In this document: in pieces, positions 59,201 to 64,000 of the stretch
Numbering within the stretch: position 1 is the first letter of the stretch
Layout of the letters: each line of letters opens with the position of its first letter
Source: Thermoplasmatota archaeon
GTDB lineage: Archaea; Thermoplasmatota; Penumbrarchaeia; Penumbrarchaeales; Penumbrarchaeaceae
Reading direction: 5' to 3'
NCBI GenBank assembly: GCA_965234725.1
Contig: CBDDUX010000007.1
Coordinates: forward strand, 32,001-96,000
Length of the DNA stretch: 64,000 bases
Translations under genes and position numbers: made by a program
Notes under the pieces: generated by a model
The model's input: only the letters and a program-made list of their open reading frames with translations
Database searches by the model: none
Told to the model about the DNA's origin: nothing

Positions 59201-60167
59201 ACCAGATACGATCTCTGTAACGGTTGATCCTCCAAAAGGTCATGAAGGTACCTGGGGAAAGATAGAGGGGTATCTTCGGGTGGTTTCGAATAATATTCAT
59301 TTCCGAAAAGATAATCAGACAGAAGAGATCGATCTTGTAATGGAATACTATTCCAGAGGCATTATTGAGAAGACAGGAATGATATCCGGAAAGGTATCCT
59401 ATCCCGATGAGGGAAAGATGAAAGGACAGAATGTACCAAATTCCGTTGTGGAGATCCTGTTCCTGAACGGAACGATATTCAATACAACCAAAACGAATGT
59501 TGACGGTTATTTCGAGTTCACTGATCTGCCACTTCCCCTCAACTGCAGGATCATGGCCTATCCCAGAGAAGAGGATGGGGAAAGTTACCTGGAGAACGGA
59601 TCGGAGATCCTATCAATCTCCGAGGACCTTTTCCAGGTGACAGTTGGTATTGTGTTAATATACAATCCTCCCGATGTCACTCCCGAATATGTGCAGATCC
59701 TTGGATACGGTCCTACAGGAGAGATTACAGATAATAAAATGAAAATCTTCATCGAGTTCTCCACTCCGATCAAGACCAAGGATCTTACCGAACTGATAAT
59801 AATCTCTCCTTCTCCTGATATTGTCCGGATAGACATCTCATCTGACAAGAAGACCGTTACAATAGACCATAGCGGGTTCTTGATGGAAACGAATTACAAT
59901 GTAACAGTTTCATTTCTGATCGAGTTCGAGGGTGTTGTGGGCCTCAATGAGAGTTTGGAATGGTCCTTTCAAGTTGTCAATAAAGATGACGGAGGCAATC
60001 CGGATAACAGCGATAATGATTTCAACTTCTTCCCGATCCTTGTTATCATAACTATGATTATCCTGGTAGCCGGAGGATTATTTTTCTACCTCAGAAATAA
60101 TCGTAACAATACTGAAAAACCTATAATCAATGGTTATCCTGAACCATACGAGTGTTCCGAAGAATAG
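56205..60167 (+). CDS. Large membrane-anchored surface protein: beta-helix head, FN3, carboxypeptidase-regulatory-like and Ig domains, TM
   Basis: GGAGG RBS, signal peptide; Asn/Ile-rich beta-helix; LEWEP..Y.IRAYN, GISWNPS; TNVDGYFEF; IEFSTPI; TM then ...YECSEE. Confidence 0.88.
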   Translation: MDFRKAMIITLIFVLLSSTIITYNESSTENSSENNDTNDNFEKKHIISPAIYNGNIYHISFSGSTFSNLTQAIDHCSGGETLIIGNGTYDDRVIITVSNLTIIGNSTSNCLFTNNQSFTSNINVSANNFTIMNIGFLTSNHNTTSIRFGGNDLNISHCYFNGTGYFISQVNLSSYSRRIDIFDCEFHLDGYYCKSIYDNSPSFNMHISKSSFDLYGFFSSGYYGINTSKLFIDGNIFRIETYITQDTGAYKYNQVGIYFIQGIDILIRDNYFYGWGSAATPSGIRTDYNSLSRIYGYEYKIFNCSIVNNFFKGNRKFTSALISYCVGVIIYKNNAVSINSIRVYYSINISVHHNIEGDYQTLHSKNITMYSNNITISTSRLLAWGEHISIHDNQAYRIEAMGEDIQIYDNTFLRHGIWVSDGHNVSIQNNELQFSAGRTGGVQGAIELWGKTWTDEPMFIHSNITIRNNTINAKGDLVFTESVVDGFGCAGVFLQDINGLTMVDNEINCRGRTAEGCLFTHVTNTNIQNNSIKVNGNYSVGVNIGIHVEWGNRINYGLTMYDNEIVMEGNSTTAFRFQQRVYANDLFDNRVIINGGFGQKVVAAKDDVTQSISFSEVIMNNTQGLEAELSEDSRLTVIGAPITNATVSSDSKLDLYQNLEVGAKDVYGNILDYADIKVLNEDDEYSTPGYGGEEPYPGEQGYIGPFIVHDRIFNGKNSADIFETNLSAKYEGDVPWEESVSINIHENTRYIFEVPDLNQPSIPKGLTGIPIVGTQNILLEWEPLPKDCLNYQLEYRIGGSWQALGTVPHPDKSFVHLDLDQDTTVQYQIRAYNGHLFSDWSKKITVVSGDITPPSQAKGLNITFVGYDWIGISWNPSLDPDVVNVSIQAREKGTGTIRNETVIDSSEYSAIIGGLEPEHNYEMVIRFIDDAGLFSMSSVLDARTDFMRGKLIVHVTFAEGSIWDGYGSSLKVTLTGVNHTQPSAKTDQFGTCTFEGLHIPDTISVTVDPPKGHEGTWGKIEGYLRVVSNNIHFRKDNQTEEIDLVMEYYSRGIIEKTGMISGKVSYPDEGKMKGQNVPNSVVEILFLNGTIFNTTKTNVDGYFEFTDLPLPLNCRIMAYPREEDGESYLENGSEILSISEDLFQVTVGIVLIYNPPDVTPEYVQILGYGPTGEITDNKMKIFIEFSTPIKTKDLTELIIISPSPDIVRIDISSDKKTVTIDHSGFLMETNYNVTVSFLIEFEGVVGLNESLEWSFQVVNKDDGGNPDNSDNDFNFFPILVIITMIILVAGGLFFYLRNNRNNTEKPIINGYPEPYECSEE

Positions 60168-60284
60168 TGATGTGATGAAGAAGAATGAAAGGATCAGTTT
60201 ATTCAATATAACTTGAGAATGCCCTTAGTATTTGAAATGGTGACATGTCTCCCTATGCTCTACACAGAGAAAAAAGAAAACACA

Positions 60285-60954
60285 ATGCAAAAGCCATATA
60301 TAGGGGTCGGCCGCGAGCGGGAAAAACTCGGGTAAACTCAAATAATCTCCCGGGTTGATCGCATCCGGTGAAGGGAAAATGGATAGATACACCGGCATCA
60401 TGCTCTCGATCCTATTTTCTGCTGCTTGTATTCTAATAATGTTCGCAAACGATTCGTCCGGGACTCCCACACAATCCAAAAGGGCGATAATCATTGTGTC
60501 TTCCTCAAATGGAGAAAACCAGTATGAGATAGACAAGGCGATCTGTTTCTTGGAATACCTCCTCGATGATGGGTACGATGAAGATGATATCGATCTGATA
60601 TCGGTGGGTGATTCGGAATACATAGATTCCATAGATTCGTTATCAAACATCAACGCATCATTTTCCGACCTGATATACGAATCCGACGAGGATACCGAGG
60701 TAGTTATTTACATATCAGACAACGGACACGCGGAATACGGCTGCCCTTCTCTATGGTTCAGGGACGGGAATATCTCCGGAATACAGTTCGATTCATGGTT
60801 CGATGAGATAACATGTTCCGAATTCACATTCATTATAGGAGGAAACAGGTCCGGAATAATCGGACCGGATGTAGCCGATCCCTCAAGAACAGTGATGAGT
60901 TCGATGAGGGGAGATCAGGTAGCATTTCCGGATCTGTTCAACATCACAAGAAGC
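60285..60954 (+). repeat. Direct repeat copy 2
   Basis: Matches 53891-54560; identical tract 60784-60934. Confidence 0.95.
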
Positions 60955-61077
60955 CTCGAAGATGAAACCTCGGATACTGACGAGGACGGTGTTGTCGATT
61001 TCATTGAAGCATTCTATCACGAGAGAGATCTGCTAATCGGTTACAGTCAGACACCCTGTCTATGGACAGGACCTTGA
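60379..61077 (+). CDS. Secreted caspase/legumain-like protein lacking catalytic His/Cys, copy 2
   Basis: Near-identical to 53985-54677 except the last ~40 aa; same SDNG and GGNRSG substitutions. Confidence 0.7.
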   Translation: MDRYTGIMLSILFSAACILIMFANDSSGTPTQSKRAIIIVSSSNGENQYEIDKAICFLEYLLDDGYDEDDIDLISVGDSEYIDSIDSLSNINASFSDLIYESDEDTEVVIYISDNGHAEYGCPSLWFRDGNISGIQFDSWFDEITCSEFTFIIGGNRSGIIGPDVADPSRTVMSSMRGDQVAFPDLFNITRSLEDETSDTDEDGVVDFIEAFYHERDLLIGYSQTPCLWTGP

Positions 61078-61100
61078 CAAAAGAATTTGGAGGAAAAGAG

Positions 61101-62765
61101 ATGAGTAACAATTTGTTAATAATCGGTGTGATGACGTTATTGTTATCCTCGGTAGTAATTGTATGGACCAGTGAAAACGTATCGGCATCGACGACATACA
61201 CAGTCAATTCTAGCGGTGGTGGTGACTTCATGACCATAACGGACGCTGTCAATGCCGCATCAGATGACGACATCATACAGGTCGCCCCCGGAACCGGATA
61301 CGTGGAAAATATCGTGATTAACAAGAAACTAACAATAGAAGGAACTGGGGGAATGCCGAAAGTTTCAGGATTGCCCATGAGTTCTTCTCCAGTGTTCGAT
61401 ATCAGGGTAGATGATGTCACTATCGATTATCTGGAGATAATTGGAACAAGCACATCTTCCGTTGCAGGAATCAAATCAAGCGCTTTAGCAGGTGAGGAAA
61501 ATAATGTCCTCATTATCGACTGCGAGATCCATGGATTCTCCAATGGAGGATATGGTGTTTGCGTAGAAAGAAGGAATCCGGAAGATTCCTACCCCACCCA
61601 TAATGTGGTCGATCACTGCGAAATCTACGAATGCAACATCGGAATCTCGATTGAATCCGACCCTGCTGATCCTCAGATAAATTCCAATCATATTGTCAGA
61701 AAATGTTACATCCATGACATATCCCAATTCACGGGAACAATGGGACATGGAATCTACAACCACGGTGATGAAAATACATTTGAAGACACGCATATCTACA
61801 ATTGCGGGGGTAAGGGCTTATACATTTATGATTCATATAAATGCGATGTCCTGGACAAGGATACATTCGGGTATCCTTTCTACATTCATAATACCAATAC
61901 CGGAATTTATGTTCTTGATTGTGACGATTGCACGATCTCGGGTGATGATTCGAACAGATTGCTTAGGGTTACCGACAGTCTTGATGATGGAATATATGTG
62001 GAGGATTCGGTGAATTGCGACCTTTATTATCTTGATATCGACGAAAACACAGGATACGGGATCTTCTTTGACGGAAGTGACAGCAACTCTTTGAGATTCA
62101 GCAGCATCACCGATAATGATTATGTCTTTGAAGGTGACCATAAGGGTAATTATCTATACCTATGTGAATCATCCACGAATTTATTGGAAGACAATACAAT
62201 TGATGAGACTTCTGGAAGTTCTTCCCTATATGTTACCTGTGGAAGTGACTATAATTATATCGACGGCAATTCGTTGGATGGAGATATTTTCATCGGAGGT
62301 AGTGATGAGAACACGATAACCGATATGGAGTTCGATTATGTGGAAATCAATGGCGGAGAGGATAATACAATCCAATACTGCGATATTTCAAACAGCTATG
62401 CAACACTGGTATATCTGTTCGAAGCCGATGACACATATATCTACAGGACCAATCTCGACGGAGTGGACGATGAAGATACAGGAATATATATCAAAGATTC
62501 ACAAGATGTGGAAATCAGCGGCTATGAAGCAGGAGAGGATCCTTCAACTATCGAGAACTGTGATATTGTTCTCTATGTCAAATCGGAAGACATCTCATGC
62601 TCTGTCTATTTTCATCACTATTCCATCTCTGACAGCAATGGAGGGAATAATGATATTGAACTTTATGGGACAGCATCTCAATCAACCACTGGAACCTACA
62701 ATGATTTATCTGGTGGACCCGAGCATTATACTGATGCCTATAGTACGTGGACATTAGTTGTTTAG
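61101..62765 (+). CDS. Secreted acidic right-handed beta-helix protein, no membrane anchor
   Basis: GGAGG RBS, signal peptide; TITDAVNAASDDDIIQVAPG..Y.ENIVINK; GIY repeats; no C-terminal TM. Confidence 0.85.
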   Translation: MSNNLLIIGVMTLLLSSVVIVWTSENVSASTTYTVNSSGGGDFMTITDAVNAASDDDIIQVAPGTGYVENIVINKKLTIEGTGGMPKVSGLPMSSSPVFDIRVDDVTIDYLEIIGTSTSSVAGIKSSALAGEENNVLIIDCEIHGFSNGGYGVCVERRNPEDSYPTHNVVDHCEIYECNIGISIESDPADPQINSNHIVRKCYIHDISQFTGTMGHGIYNHGDENTFEDTHIYNCGGKGLYIYDSYKCDVLDKDTFGYPFYIHNTNTGIYVLDCDDCTISGDDSNRLLRVTDSLDDGIYVEDSVNCDLYYLDIDENTGYGIFFDGSDSNSLRFSSITDNDYVFEGDHKGNYLYLCESSTNLLEDNTIDETSGSSSLYVTCGSDYNYIDGNSLDGDIFIGGSDENTITDMEFDYVEINGGEDNTIQYCDISNSYATLVYLFEADDTYIYRTNLDGVDDEDTGIYIKDSQDVEISGYEAGEDPSTIENCDIVLYVKSEDISCSVYFHHYSISDSNGGNNDIELYGTASQSTTGTYNDLSGGPEHYTDAYSTWTLVV

Positions 62766-62799
62766 ATAAAAAAAATAGGATATCTAAGGAGATATTATT

Positions 62800-64000
62800 A
62801 TGAAGAAAAAAAGGATTATTAAAAATATCTTTGCTACTGTTTTAATTGTATTATTTTCGTTATTAAATATATATAATACCATTGATGGGTCAGCTGGAAT
62901 AATTGAAGTAGAAATAACAATCACAAGTGAAGCTTGGGTAGAAAGCATGTGCGATATTTATAAAGATCAGGTTATTTATATAAATAATAGTGGTTATCAC
63001 GGAAATCCAATTTTATATAATATTACAACAGGAGAAAAAATAAATATTTTTCCAGATGTAAATAATATTCAAGATCCTAAAATATTTGGCAATTATATAG
63101 TATGGGTAGGAAGGGAATCATATAATAGATCCATATATCTATACAATTTATTTAGTACGAATATCAAACAATTAACCCCAGATAATTATATGGCAGGAAG
63201 TCCTTCAATTTTTAATAAATATATTGTCTGGAGTGATAATCGAAACGGAAATTTTGATATCTTTCTCTATGACATATCAACATCTGAGGAAACTCAAATA
63301 ACATCAAATGAATCAAGTCAAGATGAACCGAAAATATGGGAAGACTGCATTGTTTGGATGGATAAAAGAGACGGTGAATATGATATTTTTATGTATAATA
63401 TTACAGCTGGAATCGAAACTCAGCTAACGAATGAACCGGGAGATCAACGCGACCCAATTATCTGGGAAGATATAATTGTATATTCAGATGAAGATGGTGA
63501 TGATAAATTTACTACGATTTTTAATATATCTTCAAATAAAAAAAGTACTATTCCTGAATCAGTAGAACGTGATATTCATAAAGATATTGCTGTTTTCACA
63601 ATGTGGGTAAATGGGTCCCTTGAGCCATATAAATACGACCTCACCACTGGGGAAAAAACGAAGATAATATCCTGGAGAGATGATTGTTTTTGTACATCCC
63701 CTGCAATATACGGAGACTGGATCGTGTGGACCGAAAACACAAACATCTATGGCTACAAGTCCCTGCTAGACACGGATGATGATGGAGTAGCGGACAAAGA
63801 GGATGCATTCCCAAAGGATCCTTCCGAATGGGATGACACCGACTCCGACGGGTGGGGAGATAATAGGGACAGGTTCCCGGAGGACCCCTACGAATGGAAC
63901 GATACCGATCTGGATGGACACGGGGACAATAGTGACAAATTCCCATACAATCACTTCGAATGGAACGATACTGATTCAGACGGATATGGCGATAATAGTG
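62800..64000 (+). CDS. Surface protein with TolB-like beta-propeller repeats and thrombospondin type-3 repeats (runs off window)
   Basis: Not in the ORF track; manual translation MKKKRIIKNIFATVLIVLFSLL..., P.I...IVW.D.R.G..DIF.Y repeats, then DTDDDGVADKEDAFPKDPSEWDDTDSDGWGDN repeats; open to 64000. Confidence 0.88.
   Translation, partial: MKKKRIIKNIFATVLIVLFSLLNIYNTIDGSAGIIEVEITITSEAWVESMCDIYKDQVIYINNSGYHGNPILYNITTGEKINIFPDVNNIQDPKIFGNYIVWVGRESYNRSIYLYNLFSTNIKQLTPDNYMAGSPSIFNKYIVWSDNRNGNFDIFLYDISTSEETQITSNESSQDEPKIWEDCIVWMDKRDGEYDIFMYNITAGIETQLTNEPGDQRDPIIWEDIIVYSDEDGDDKFTTIFNISSNKKSTIPESVERDIHKDIAVFTMWVNGSLEPYKYDLTTGEKTKIISWRDDCFCTSPAIYGDWIVWTENTNIYGYKSLLDTDDDGVADKEDAFPKDPSEWDDTDSDGWGDNRDRFPEDPYEWNDTDLDGHGDNSDKFPYNHFEWNDTDSDGYGDNS

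Noticed and set aside
53891-60954. 670-bp direct repeats as IS copies or prophage att sites
   Set aside because: The repeat encodes a signal-peptide protein, with no transposase, integrase, terminal inverted repeats or viral genes.
63770-64000. Periodic DNA repeats resembling a CRISPR array
   Set aside because: They are in-frame, degenerate TSP3 protein repeats; no constant repeat with unique spacers and no cas genes.

Overview
Archaeal chromosome segment, most likely Thermoplasmatota. Support: rpl44e-rps27e-aIF2alpha-nop10-PAC2 operon, alba, aRF1, Kae1-Bud32 fusion, PPAT-NTPase fusion. About 23-52 kb is mainly housekeeping, with several large secreted or membrane-anchored surface proteins interspersed. 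I found no rRNA, tRNA, CRISPR array, transposase, integrase or reverse transcriptase. The most unusual region is 52.4-64 kb: a wHTH-TPR regulator followed by a tandemly repeated three-gene unit. Each unit has a near-identical promoter plus a secreted caspase/legumain-like gene lacking both catalytic residues, then an unrelated soluble secreted protein, then a large surface protein with an AT-rich variable head. It looks like a recombination-shuffled polymorphic surface cassette system. Other highlights: an AbrB-PIN toxin-antitoxin module flanked by a 120-bp duplication of a ferredoxin 3' half; an HPPD/HglS-like metalloenzyme paired with an FAD D-2-hydroxyacid dehydrogenase; an orphan DNA methyltransferase fused to an SNase-like domain; two paralogous RHH-like proteins; and a shared C-terminal TM-...-EE tail on three surface proteins. 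All family calls come from motif recognition by eye, not database searches.
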